Origin: Fimbriosthenelais zetlandica
Lineage: Eukaryota
Direction of reading: 5' to 3'
Length of the DNA: 64,000 nucleotides
Assembly: GCA_977030845.1 (NCBI GenBank)
Contig: OZ365109.1
Location: 60,574,001 to 60,638,000 of the forward strand
Position numbers and translations under genes: made by a program. Shown here in pieces: positions 46,893 through 61,100 of the stretch (position 1 is the first letter of the stretch; every line of letters begins with the position of its first letter). Under the pieces are notes generated by a model. That model had not been told where the DNA came from, did no database searches, and was given only the letters and a program-made list of their open reading frames with translations.

Positions 46893-49299
46893 CTGTAAAG
46901 CAATAAGAAAATCATTTATGAGAAAATGGTTTCAAACATTTTTTAGATTTATTTTTAATTAATACCAGGAATACAGCTGGAGAGTCTGTTTTAAGATCTA
47001 TCCACCCCGGGAAGCAAATATCTGTACCTAAGCCATGATATATTAGAGAAAACAGTAGAAATAAAATTAAAATACTGATCTATTTAAAATGACTCATGAT
47101 GATAGACGAATGGGGTGAGGAATTGAACAACAGCCAAAGACAATGAAAATGGAACATAATTATTATAATTATAGTCCATGGCAGGTCTGGCACACAATGC
47201 ATGATATATAGATCTAAACGTGGTTTATAATTATGGAACTAGCTTGGCAGGTTCAGGAGATTTAGTCTGTAAAACCAGTCAGTTTGAAATGTGCCCCATC
47301 AAACAAATAGGCTAAATCTTTATCCAGAATTTCTTCAAGTTTGCCCATATCCGTACATGTATTATATAGTTTCTACATGGAAAGGAATCCTTAGACCAAA
47401 GCACACAGATTAGGTGCACATAGCTTTCTGCAGGTAGTTTCAAAGCTGTTGTCACTCACAAAAGATTGTTGCAGAAAAAGCAGCATTGTCCATGCTGCGC
47501 TATTTATACTCTTGTACTGTAGCTGTTAAACCTGATACATAGTTCTATTTTGGCCACTTTCAACACCTTTAGAAAGAATACGAATTTAACGCCAGGTCAG
47601 CAGATTTAGAATTTGATAAAGTTTGAAAAGAATCCAAGCAAAGAAGCCAGCAACAACGGATAAAAAGTGAGTTACTGTGTCATAATTAGGCCTATAGAAC
47701 ATTTACATACAGGATGTATATATCCCCAGAAATAGACACAGGGACAAAATGTTCTATATAGTGAGTAATTGACAATTTGGCCTTAAGATGAAACGTTTTG
47801 AATGTTTATCTCCAGATTTTCTGTATACAATTGACCATGAAATGTTGGCATCATTAGTTAGTTTGAACAAAATAAAAGAACCAAAGACTTGCGCAAGTTG
47901 TTCTTCTCTTTCCTATGTAACAGTTACTAACTTTTATCCTGACCTTAGCAGGTGAGTGGAATTTAAAACTATTACCCGTCTGTAATATTTTCTCATCGTC
48001 ATATAGCCTAGGGTTCAGGGGAAGTATTTCACTGACCCTAAGGCGAATGGTCAATTGTGCGAGAACATACCGGACCTAGAAACCTTGTTATTCAAGTGAA
48101 ACATGTCATCTGTAATAGTAGGTAAAGGTACTCTGGTCCTAATACCGAATCGTGTAGAATAACTCTAGCATAAAAATCACATTCCTCTCTTCACATGAAT
48201 AATTGTAGTAATATTATTGAGAAAATAATTGAGAAGAAATTGTCAGCAAAGACATAATATACTTGTCAAAATGTGGAATACTTGAGTAATCTATTAACTG
48301 GACGGAAAAAGAACCATGTTTCCCTAAGTTATAATATACATAATTCCATCCGCACATTGCTTTCCTGAGGTGCGGATCACTGCGATAATGTCTGACAATG
48401 AACTTTGCGAAAACATTATTATTTCTTTAAAATAAAAGCATTTAAAAAGAAAAAAAATCCAAGTAACTCACCCACTGGCAGCTTGAATTTTTTTCTCAAA
48501 AAAAATAGTCAATGTAATCACGCAAAAAGTATTATACAACAGGCGAATTGTATAATGGTTATGAAACTATCAGTATGCCTAATGCAAGTATGTCCTCAGT
48601 AATGTAAGTTTGTCTCTAGTTGGGTCACCAGCTACTGTCCTCTTCACCTTTTCGTGTCAAGGGGTTGAATACCTCAGCCAAGCAAATAGTCCTCTATATA
48701 TGCTTTAGAACCGGATCCCTGTCATGGTTACAGGCCATGTTCGCGGTCTAGTAGCCACAAATAAAACATGCTGTCATATTATGTTCACCCTTAATTTAAT
48801 ATTAATCCGGTATACTATTTATTTTCAGCTCGATTAACTAAACCCGCCCAAAATAAAAATGATTTAATTCTTATAATGTGACATTAGAATAAATGAGTAT
48901 AAATTAATTGAAGAAAATGCTATATTTTTTCTCTAAAATGTGAGTTATTTGAGGATTTTCCCCGAGACAGATCTCACGTGGTTGGAGCAGCACGTGAGGA
49001 GAGGGGGCGGGAGATCATGAGAAAACAGTATACGGGAAAACCCACCACCCACTGATGATCTGAAGAAGAGTATACCCCACACGATCCTCACAGTCTTATA
49101 CTTCCAGGTGTCCAAGTAATTTGTGGTGCGATTCCAATTAAGATTACTGTTAATTTCCCTGATTATATTCCACCTTATTTTTATTCCTTGAGCGGGGAAA
49201 TGGGGGAGGATTTCTCAAATGTTTTCAAGGCATGCACAAATCCCCAAATTATATAGGGTATTAAGCTAATTAGGCAAGTAGATTTTATCCATCTTCTGT

Positions 49300-52200
49300 C
49301 GCACCTTTTCCCTGTTAGTTTATAACTGAAAGTCCTGAGGGCAGTGACCTCAGCAGGTCACTCGAGTCTGCCCATGATCATGTCAGTTGTCGCCATAAAA
49401 GGCAGCATCCTTCTCAACATCGCTTCTATACATGAGAAGCTTTGATCAAGATTACGTCGCGAATACTTCGGTGATGACTAAATAAAATTAGGCGGTTACC
49501 CTAGCAACATTCTGGTGATGTTCCAGAGATTGACATCATGAATAACTCGATATGGCTGATCAGAACTGACTTAATAGGGTCATAGAGGAAATCACTTGTG
49601 ATTACAATACTTAACACCTCCATTTATTACCCACAATTAATGCCGCCATGAATGTATGAATGAATGAATGAATGAATGAATGAATGAATGAATGAATGAA
49701 TGAATGGGTGAATGAATGGGTGAATGAATGGGTGAATGATTATTTGAATGAATGAATGAATGAATGAACTGTACGATTTGATAATTGCAGAAATCTAGTG
49801 TACACATGTAAAAGAAATAATATATCTAGTTTATATTTTTGCATCACTTATCACATGTCTCAAAAATGTGGTTTGTAATAATGATATTATGTGTAATGAA
49901 TGGAGTAGTACATCTCAGGTAGATGGTGCCAAATCCACCTCGTGGTTACCAACATATATAGGTCATGTGGCTCATCGAAAGACATACCATCAAATCACTG
50001 GGAAACCCCACATCAGATTCCCCTCCATTTTTCTAGTAGATATATAACCATGCTCATACTGTATCTACGCACAACAAAAATGATGAGTTTGGTACAAAAA
50101 GTGCAGCTTATTCAGCTCGAAGGCAAAGTATACATTGTTACTCAAAAAATAACTCATATTTCCATTTCATATGTACATAGGCTAATGCATTGGCTAATAC
50201 CATGTAGATGTAAGTGCATTTACTATGCCCTCTTTATGTGACAGAGGTCAGTGATTAGTGAACTTAGTCATAGAGGGAATATTATTGTATAAAGAAACGT
50301 AAAAACAGTACTCTATATAGATTCGTCTCTGTGTCAAACTCATTATTGTGCATATTAAGGATGGGTGTTTCTTGATACTATGACTATGTTCATTATATCA
50401 CTGGTCAGAGGCAAGCTATAGCTGAAACTGAAAAAATCACATCTGCCTTCATTTGTCTAAATTCACTTCAATTTAGTAAATCTGAATTAGATTATAACAT
50501 AACATTTTTTTCTCAGATATAAAGTATGACCGTGTAGGTAAAACCCTGCATCAGATTTGATTCCTACAGCGGATTCCCAGTTCCAATCTACCTAAAATAT
50601 GTTCAAGTAAGTTGTTTTCCTACATTTGAGGACTTTTTAAAGCATTAAAAGCATTAAGACTTTTCTCTACAGACTGTGATATGGGATAAACACATAAAAA
50701 CAGTAAATATGATCACATAGAGCGTGGATGGTATAATATTATGGAAATATGATTCCACGAAAATGGTTCTCCCATTTACGACAGTCACTGCATGTATGTA
50801 GTTTATCCTGATAGGCTTTTGTAGTTAATACTTAATGATGTATACGCATTGGGATTGATTCCAAGGTATTTGGTAACATTCAAATACTTGAGAATATTTA
50901 AACTAAATAAATAGTTAAATTAAAAAATATCTAACTGCATTGTCACTTGAGAATTTATAATTCCATGGACCCTTTCTCAACAAGAATCAACTATTCTCTT
51001 TGGAGAAACATAACCCTAATAATATATCACACAAAAGAACAAATTATGTTACCAGAGAGACTAGAGGTGTCTAGTTTCTCTGGTACAATGATCCGAAAAC
51101 AGCGAAAATCCCCCAAAATCTGAAAGTTGGCAGGAAGATGGTGTAAGACGATAGCGTCTTCGATGGAACTACTTTGACACACGTCAGAAAAACACTTGGT
51201 TTCAAGGATCATTTCCCTCATTCTGACGACTATGAAAACAGATGCAATAGAGGTTTGAGTGACAGGGCAGAAAGAGTGGGGTTTTTCTTCCATGTGGTTA
51301 AAAAACCCCATTTTGGTTTTGTGGTTTTACTATTGACACATGTCTGTGTGTAAAATTTCCCACACACAGACACTTGCAGAGTGACACATTTCAGCCACCC
51401 AAGGGGCATCCTCCCAACGCAGGCTGCCTTCCATTTGTTTAGTCTTAGAACTGCAGGTCTCTTGTGGTAGAACTAACAAAAATGGAACCCAGAATCAACG
51501 AGTTGTCAATGCATGAATGAATGAGAAATATATTACAACGATATTAGACATTCTCATTAAAATGAGATAATATTTTGTGGTTGAATTAATTGAAAATGAG
51601 AGAAGGACTAACGATCCATCCAATCACCTGCTCACAGTCAGAAAAAAATCATCGTATTTTTTCAAGAAAATGGTTATTCTTCACAAGGAAAAATCCATAA
51701 AATCTGTAATCTGAGGGCTGGGAAAGAGCATGGGTTCTGAGTGCCCTGTGAGAACAATCTCTGCATGGGAAGGAGGATGTCACCAGGAGGAACGACCAAG
51801 ACCACTGGCAGTGTCCTGGTACAAAAGGCACTAGACCCACAGCACCACTGTCACCCCCACCACTATCACCACCAACCAGTGTGATATATGTCACAACAAT
51901 CCTACACTCACCATTCCATCTACCATTTCTCAACTCCTCCTCCTTATGATAGATGACACCCTTCAACTGCACTTGGCTCTGGGTGTCATCTTCTCTGACC
52001 CAGTCTCTTGGCCTCTCCCATACCGGTCTCTGCCACAGGATTGAGGAGAAAATCAGGATGGGGGCACACAAGTCCGGCCCCTACCTACTTTTCCCCTACA
52101 AACACCCTTCAATCTTCCTGGACTTAATGGCCCTAATCACCCCTTATTTGGCCCTGATATGCTATCCCTCATTTTTAATACGTTTAACAAACATATCAGT

Positions 52201-52650
52201 TAGGCTAGCCCTCAAAACTGTGTCAATGCTAAATATTGCCATTGCCCCCCTCAACAACCTTTCAAACTTTGCCCTGAAAATGTTTAAGCATAAAATGACA
52301 GATTTTCTCTGTCCTTGGAAAGCAAAAAAGTGAGAGAAAATAACATGTGGGGCAGCCTGTACGAGTACAGTTTTAAAGCATTGAGGTTTTTTTTAACTAG
52401 TAACACACTTGGCGAAGCATCAAAGGCTATTAACCTCATCTGTGCACATAATGAGCCAAATATATTTGTACTCAAGTCGATGCCCCATATAAATAGGTTG
52501 ACAAGTCATAGTCCGCATTAGTGTGACATATTGACATAAAAAATGAATACAAATTATGGAATGTATTAAAGTCTCCCCATATAACAATGTGCACAGCCCG
52601 TTTTCCAATGCCACCCCATCTTCTGTGTCAATATTTGGCGCCATTTTTTA
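49300..52650 (-). mobile_element. Decayed Tx1/L1 LINE: ORF1-like, endonuclease and probable RT remnants (boundaries approximate)
   Basis: NGRWNGECRIV and a degenerate Cys/His cluster in ORF 51649..52071 (ORF1-like); QILGDFRCF (ILGDFNC) in ORF 51027..51311. Confidence 0.45.
49648..49768. repeat. (TGAA)n microsatellite with GGGTGAATGAAT variants
   Basis: Direct reading. Confidence 0.95.
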
Positions 52651-55519
52651 AAGGCAAAAAGAGTCAAAAGATTAATTAGTGTTTTTGGTTGGAGTGGTCT
52701 GGTTCCTGCCAACCAAATAAACATGTACAGACTCAGTTAAAAAGTTGGCAACCATGTGTACCTTGAACATATGCTATTTATTTCATTTGGTGCCGGCCGG
52801 CTCAATGAAGCAAAATGTAGACCCCATTATCATTCTCCATTCTACGCCGTGGTAGAGAACAGGATGGGTGTTCTCTCCAGTCCAAGCTTGTCTAACAGAA
52901 GGGTTAGACACATGTGTGTAACTGGAGACTTTGCTCTGCCCACCTGGATAAAAAAAGTGTTCCTCCAAGGGCAAACAAACACATAAACTACAAGTCTGAC
53001 CAGACTCCTTATCATTTAAATTCTGGAGAATTGAGGTCGTTTTACAAAGGCAAATATACTTGAGATCCTTATCAGTAATACATCAACAGGCCCCAAAACA
53101 TAATCGATAGCAATACAATGCATAACGTGCCTACACCACATTCATTTCGTATTACAATAAAAAAGAAATTTCATTATAAGGGACAAAATTGTTCTGTAAA
53201 AAGACAGGAACTTTGAGTATTGCAATGCTGTTATACACTAAGTAATAATGAAACTTGGTGGAATTAAGATTTGATAATATATGAACATTATAATTTCTAA
53301 TGTAGATAATTATGCACATAATCCTTACCGTCTTCGCCACATATTGTTGATAAAATGGCAGATGTAAGTTCACTTGTAAAATTTGTAGCCAGTCCAGTAA
53401 CAATATCATAAACTGCAGTAGTCAATTCTTGCTCTGCATTTACCATCTCCATGATTAAAACTGTCTTCAGCTTCCAACTTATACTATAGCCTATCCCTGG
53501 CCCAGAAAAGTCTTATCTTGATCACCTTTATCTAGATCGATCGCACACAGTCTCTAACAAGTGTCTATAATAGGTCCAATTTATACGGGATTGATAGCTG
53601 GTACACCAGTAATACTTGACTGTAGGAGCGCTTTTTAGCCTCCGATCAACTCCCTATCCCTATAAAAGTCTTTTCGAGCCCGGATATTTGCCCTTCCCTC
53701 TCCTAGCAGCTCATGCAGGCTAACCAATCAGGAGGGAGATCCTACCAGAGGGGAGGGAAGAACGTCAGACAGAGGCACCAAATGGAATATGATACAGTAA
53801 AACCTCTCTATAATGTCATTGTGTGGACTGAGAAAAGCCTTGAGGAAAAAAGTTCACAATACATGTACATGTAGCTGTTCCATAATCTGGTCTCAAGAGA
53901 AGGCACAGTGACCAAGGCACAGTGGAAAATTAATTATTACTCAGAGGTGCTCACTAATGGAGGTTTTATTGTAGTTTCTATTCATATTCTTAGCTCCTCC
54001 TTCAGAGAATATTGACAGTTCAGTTCCTATGACGTAGTACAAGCATGGTCATGCAAGAATGGTGACGAAAGGGCTTTCCTCACTCAGAGTCAGCGGGTCA
54101 TGTCTGATCATGAATGACTTCCGGTACCTTGGAATTTTGGTTTGTGTGGTCTCCCACATGATAATATGTGTACAGAGCCTGGCAATACAGACTAACTGCT
54201 GTTGCCACCTCCACTAACTGAAGCACACAAGTGGAAAACTGCATATAGCTATAATATACATTGTATATATGAACACAAGCTCGAGTCAAGTCAGTTCTGT
54301 AGACTGCTGAGTACAGGAGTACAATTCAGATCCCAACACCTCAATATATCACCAGGCTATCAACGTAAAGCTTAATTCCAATTTTAAAAAAATGTGTTAT
54401 TAACTAAAGAAGTGTTGATGAGCAATCACATAATTATGATGCACCGGATTTCAGCTTAGATGGTGAAATCCAAGTGCTGAAGTTTCAATGAAGAGGTATG
54501 AGAAACCTAACGAATACTCCAGTGATCCTTAATGACAGGTAAAGGTGAAGGTAAATGATAGGTTGGTGTACAGTAACGTTAGTACAGTAACCGCCCTTGC
54601 AAAATAACCTTCTGAAAACCCAGGTATAGGCAGTGCTCTTTGGCAATGTGTCTGCAAATATCCAAGGACTGCATAGTATGATCAATGTCACATTAAATGA
54701 TCACTGAAATCAGAGGCAGAAGGCCCTGATCATAACTAAGTCATTGAAACAAAGATTAGATTAGAACAAAGTCCATGCCATGGTATATTTAGATCATTAT
54801 TCACGTATCAAGAGAATTGATAGTGCTCAATATGGCATTTCACGAATGTTATTTGTAGACATGAGAAATATGCGAGCCTTGGTGATTGAGTGACTGCCAA
54901 TATTTTTATCAATCAATTATTTTATCAATCCATACCATTCAATGATAGAAATACCTATGAAATGACATCATTATGTAACCAACACAAAGGCTCCATTGGT
55001 TTTTGAACTCAAATTATTTATGTCAAACGGAAAGGTGTTATCAATTGTGATAGTAATCGAACAGATTATATATTATGGTATGAATGAATGTACAGGTACT
55101 AGATAATTATGTAGGTGATAAATCACTCCAGCACAGCCTCGGCCTTCGGCTTCGGGTTTCTACAGACTGCCTTATTGTTTACTTAACATTCAAAGGAGGT
55201 GCACTGTAGGTAATTGTCTAACTCCAGGTCATCGTGCAATATATTATTTTAAAGTACAATATAGGATATGAATTATATTTGGGCTCCATGGTGCATGCTC
55301 AACGGAAAACTATGTACTAAACGTAAACAGATACCATTTGGCGTTCAAAAAACGATAGGAGACAACTTAAACTTGCGAGTCATCTACTTCTATGGAAAAG
55401 AGTGGTTCAGTGTTAATAAAAGTGGTTTTGACAGGTGGTGTTATTTCCACTTCTATTGAGCCAAATCGCCTTTGGCCAGGTGTGCAATATCTACTATTAT
55501 ACATGTACTAGACTTATAA

Positions 55520-55862
55520 GGGCTCATCTACTAGGTCGCAAGGGGAAAGAGATTGCTTGCGATCAGTGTTATTAACGATCAGAAGCGATCACATGGTGTG
55601 GATGAGGTGCCAGCGATCGGATTGCCTGTACCTGGTGATCAGATCACCCCTGGCCAACAGGTACATTATGTTCAGATCGCTGGTGTTCATTCACATAAGC
55701 GATCTGATAGCCAGGTGCATTCGATCAGATCGCCCATCGCTTGTAATCGCACAAAATATTAAATATATTATGATATTAAATATTAACTACAGAGCGATTG
55801 GATCGCTAGTGATCACTGATCGCCAGTGATCGCTTCCCCCTGGCGACCTATTGGATGAGCCA
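55520..55862. mobile_element. 343-bp MITE, probably PIF/Harbinger (Tourist-like)
   Basis: Imperfect ~50-bp TIRs (GGGCTCATCTACTAGGTCGCAAGGGG... / ...CCCCCTGGCGACCTATTGGATGAGCCA); TAA on both flanks (55517-19, 55863-65). Confidence 0.7.
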
Positions 55863-57049
55863 TAAGAAGCTTCATTTTACAATCGTCATATTGAATCTAA
55901 TGTAGGAAACAGTAAGGACTAAGGTATAATTCAACACAAATAACACTTTGAAATAAATATAGACCTTTGGACTTTCAACCATTCCCAGGCCATCAAACTA
56001 TTTAAATATAGAAGCTATAAATCCGCAGAATCTACATCAGAAAATGATCAGATAGAATCATAAATGATCATAATAGATCACCAATGAATCACAATTACTT
56101 ACATTATGATAGTTCCTTCTCGATCAGAAATTCCTCCTATGCGGAAGATTGTTAGCCTGACTATTATATTAACACACGTGCTATATGCTAACACATGTAT
56201 GTATACCCAATACTTAGAAAAGTGACATGTAACAGTGGATGCCTAGCGCCAAACATTTATAAATGTATCAAGGTTGATATAAATAGGATTAAAATACTAC
56301 CCGTGGCTAAACACAGTTCTATTATTATGCCAACAACGACGTGTATATCTAGGCCGGAAATAGACAAGCCTTTCCCAAACGAAACCTACCCGAAACACTG
56401 GAATGGCACCTATTAGTATTACTTTCTGTTGGTTAAAAACAAAAGGATAGTCTAAGAATGTCACAGATATGAGTAGGACCTTATAGGGATGGAATGTAAG
56501 AGTGTTTATTGAGTTTTACTTCCGTGAAACTTCTGTCGCAAATCTGTCTAGCCACACAACCGTAGGTGGCAATACCTTACTCACTGGTTGCCTGTAATGA
56601 CTGGGCAATAGGAATTCAATGTTTGTTAATTCCTGCATCAAATGAAAGGCGCTTCTGATTTGTTGGGGAGCAACTGAATGGGTTTATTATGTCAATTTAA
56701 AGTAGAGCAATGGACAAATATCCGCTGACAAAAATACCATAATAATTGCGGTTTACAAAAATGGACAAAAAGTTGCAAGAAACTTTATCCATGAAATAGG
56801 GCGATACTGATTCTCATGGGATTGTGAAATTAAGATATTATTTTCAAGGATAGGAGGATGGTTGACATCATAATTATGTCACTGGATATCATCACCACAT
56901 ATCAATTCCATCTGATTAAGGAACAAACCAAGGATATAAAAATATCATTAGGAATCTCAATGCTGGTGCAATAGGTGGATTTTCCCAGACACTCCTGTAA
57001 GGTTTCGGTGAGATATTGTTGTTTTTTTTTTTTTTGTCATTTGCTAAAG

Positions 57050-58160
57050 GGTGACAATAGCACACTTCGAGCCTCGTCAACCCATCCTTTCAACAACGGC
57101 CAACCACAATGACGCCCGAAGTCCACACCCTATGCCCTCACCCTCCTCCTCCACCTCTTCTATTGCCCTACAAAGTACAATGTATAACCCCAAGGCCTCC
57201 CCATATCGTAGGTCTAAACATACAAGCAGATCATGAGTAGCTCCCCAATCATGTGTCCTTGTTTTTGACATTAATATCCACCCGGATTCAGGACCCATAT
57301 TCTGTATAAATATAGATGATTCCACAATGCTTGGTTAGCAGAACCTTGTCAATAGCCATATCAAAATCGGAAAGGATTATCTCCACGCATCAGTCAAAAA
57401 ATGTATTGGGCAACACAAGTCCAATAACAATTGTCCAATGTATTTTCACACCAATTATCTCTGACCCTTAATATATGAAATTGATTCAAACGTCGAACAT
57501 CATCTTTTAATAATTTTTCAAAATAAATATTTAATTCACATATTTAATTTAATTTTCATCATAAAATTTTCATCATGGAACAGACCACTACAAAATTAGG
57601 ATCTAGCTATAAACTATAATATTATACCACATTATTAAACCCCATTGATTTTCAACTCGGTAAGCCACTTTAATTTTAACCAATTCACAACACCTCTTCT
57701 TCAAGATATTACAATAAATTACCACATACTACAATTATTAAAGATTACCATCTTCCTCATGGTTTAGTACTCAAGAAAGCCCTAAATGAACTGGGTGGGT
57801 ACCAATAGAAACCAAAAACAAGGTCTGAAATGTTTGATATTTCCCTGCTCGAGTGAATAGTACTGAAGTTTTATTGATATTTCGGTTAAGAGAGACCTTG
57901 TGGTTACATAGATAACTCACCCATCCAGGGAGGACAATCTCCTTCCGCCATCAAGGTCATGGTGTTCTCCACATAGTCTGACCACGCCATCTTTAAATCC
58001 TTTCCTCCTCCTACAGAGCCCCCAAGAAAAGACCAGATCAATGATTCAACCCAGGTGGGCAGCTGCAGGGGCACACCCCATCCACCACCAAAACCAATAT
58101 GGAAGTTATGAGTCCTTGTAAGTGTGAAGAAATCTATTTCAGTGATAACATCAGTCAATT
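57050..58160 (-). mobile_element. Decayed L1-clade ORF2 thumb / C-terminal fragment
   Basis: PTWVESLIWSFLGG...GKDLK...MAEGD (like IxxLIFxFLWGGK...EEGG) in ORF 57904..58158. Confidence 0.35.
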
Positions 58161-61100
58161 GTTTGTCTAGGTTTGATCCCCCTCTTTTTCCTCGCCATCC
58201 GGCTCTGTGCCATTAAGGCAGAGCCCGTTAAATTGTCTTTTTCTCTTTGGAATCACATCTTCATCATTTGGTCTTTTCCTCTTGAATATGTATGGATGAC
58301 CGGAATGGTGATCAACACTCGAGTCATTATGATATGAAAGAAATCAAGCTCCTTCCAGCTCGAGTGGCGTTGATATTATGAAAGAAAGTAAGACAAACCC
58401 CTGATAGTTCCAATAACTAATTGCCTCAATTTAAATGCAGCAATTTGCTTCCAAAACTCCTTTGCTTAGAGAAGTCCCTTGACTGCAATCCAAGGTTGTA
58501 TGATCACCGAAGACAGGTAAACTATAGTTACAACAGAGTGCATAACATTATACGCCTGTATAATCTTCCTCCAGGTGTATAGTACAACTGCTCCAGTGTC
58601 TGTATACATCTACCTATCGATAGTCACTACGAGTATTCCCTCCATCTACCAGTGAACGTGGCCAGGTGAGGGGAAACGACCGCCCTCCACCTTCACCAGC
58701 TGTACCTGTGCGCGTCTCGTGGTGTCCACACGTTCCTACTGTCTAACAGATTTACTTGGAATCACACCTGTGAATTTTATTCAGCCATGAATTCATGATA
58801 TTCTTACGCAAAAACTTACAGATTTAAATTTTTCACTAAATTTGGGATTTTTTCATTATGGGCTCTTTCCTTAACTTTCCTTAGCATCTGATACTGAAAC
58901 ACATCAGCCAACACCTTGCTAAGCGAGGCAGTTAAAATGACATGGACAGCTCAAGGATTGAACTGTCAATCCTTTGGTCATTGGTATTTTCCTAAAGGGC
59001 CTACCTAGTGCTCTCACTAGCTAACAAATTAAAAAGATATTCATACGGAAGAGTAACCCTTGTAAGATTCCGTTAATAAGGGATGAGTTTAGGCCCCTAT
59101 ATTTTAATAATAGATTCATCATATTAGAGAATATCCCAAAATTATTCATGAAATCAGCACCAGTACAAACTTGTTGGACAGTATCAAGGTGGATATTCTA
59201 TATTTTTTGTCAGTTCTTGACAGTTGTAAGTCTCGTGTAGCCGGCTACTATGGCAACAGACCGACTGATGACCTTCAAGGTCAACTTGGGGAGCGGTCAG
59301 TGTCAGCTAGGTGACCAGTGTAACGAGTTCCGACACCTGGTCACTGGTCATTGAGGACCAGACAGGGAGAGACGCTGGAATGCAGCCATGCGTCCACATG
59401 GCAGCACTTCCGGATATATTATCCATGAGAAGAGCCAAAAATGGGGAAAACCACTAACTGTGGGCACAATACGGAGGGCGCCCAGTGCAAATTTCGAAAT
59501 ATGAGGTCTGAGGGATGGTCATATATACTACAGTAATAATAGATGTGATGCAGGATAGTTCACATTGGAGGAGGGACACTTGTTTTTTGGGAGGGACATG
59601 GCCTGAGTTATATTTATTGATTTAAGTACCGTATGATCCAAATAAAAAGTTCCAGTTATGTAGAGACTGGTAATCAATATCATCCACAGCAACTGCTTGA
59701 ACAAATATGATGCAGCATTGTGTACATATTTGCATATATGAGATATCAAGCCAGTGCCAAAAAAATAGTAGATTTCACACGTGCTACAAACAGAAATGGA
59801 ATGTACCATTTAAGTGTGAATACAGGATAGTTTTCTCACGTTCCTATAAAGTCCCACGAGTAGTCAATCTGTCCCAGATCAAAAAGTGTGCCCAAGACAA
59901 ATTAAAACGTGCGTTTCTAATTAATCAAGCGTCTCGGCCATCATTTTCTCATATGGTTATTACCCAAACGAATATGTTTCTTATGATACGAAATGTTATC
60001 ATCTGAGGTGCTCAGGGAGCATTTAGTTTTTATGAAGTAAGGTGATTGAGGGAGCATTGTCTTAATTTAGCCATAATGCCCAAACATTGCTTCAGCAATT
60101 TTAACAACAATATAAGTTAAATTTCGGGATCAGGCGAGCCAGATCCAATAATTAGAGTTGGTCAGTCATGGTATAGAGAAAAAGTGGGTGGGGGGAGGTC
60201 AAGATGGATGGGGTCAGGAGGCTGGTACCACGTGATCACCTCTCATTTTACGACTAATTAACCTGTAATTAGAGACAGGCTAATTGAAGCGACATCTCCA
60301 AGATACAGATCTCTAGGCCTTCTTCATTTCTTTGATCAACTTGAGAATCTCATAAAAATCCGCAAATGTTTCCGAAAGAAAACAAATTAATGTGCATGAG
60401 GGATGCTTACAGGGTGGATAATTACCCCTTCTTTTAAATGTTCCGCACATTTAATGATTTATGAATGATTTAGACTTGATGGCATTTTGACGTGATTTTA
60501 AAGTGAAAAAGGTATCATATTGTGTTCTAGTGCTGCTACAGGTAACTTGGCCAGGTTGCCACGCTAAATTGACCAGGTGTTCATAAGGTTCAATGGTGGA
60601 GATATAGATGGAAAAGGCACGAAACATTTAGTGTAATGGACTTTACCAACCATTTTTTCCCCATCATTGGCAAAAAGTATTATGTTTATTGTCCATTTTG
60701 GGACCACATGTGGTATTATAATGGCACTAATGGCACTTAATGGAAATAAATTAAAAGAATTGGCACTAAATGGACTGGATGTTTAAATTCATTTCAACAA
60801 GGAAGAAATATTTGGTCAAACTGACATAGGCCTACATGTACCAATTTAGGTAGAACCCACCACCATATCATCACATTACTCATTTTTAAAGCTATAATTT
60901 ATTCCTTCCTGATTATCTTTTTGTAAGATCATCTATGAACGTGAAAGCACAGCAATGAAATCACCACGGAAATCATGATGCAACACTGCGACAAACGACA
61001 GTACGCTAAGGAAAGTATGTAGACATAAAAACTGACATCAGATAGTGGTTATTTTGTTGAAAGATCAAAGACATTGGCCTTCATATTATATCTGACATAG

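Noticed and set aside
57904-58158. MAWSDYVENT...PPWM|gtgagt as first exon of the EGF-ligand gene
   Set aside because: The phase fits, but it is not a signal peptide and the frame resembles the L1 RT thumb region (LIWSFLGG...GK).
59244-59257. RFX X-box-like motif (GTTGCCATAGTAGC on the minus strand)
   Set aside because: A single mismatched 14-mer about 27 kb from the LRRC49 promoter; compatible with chance.
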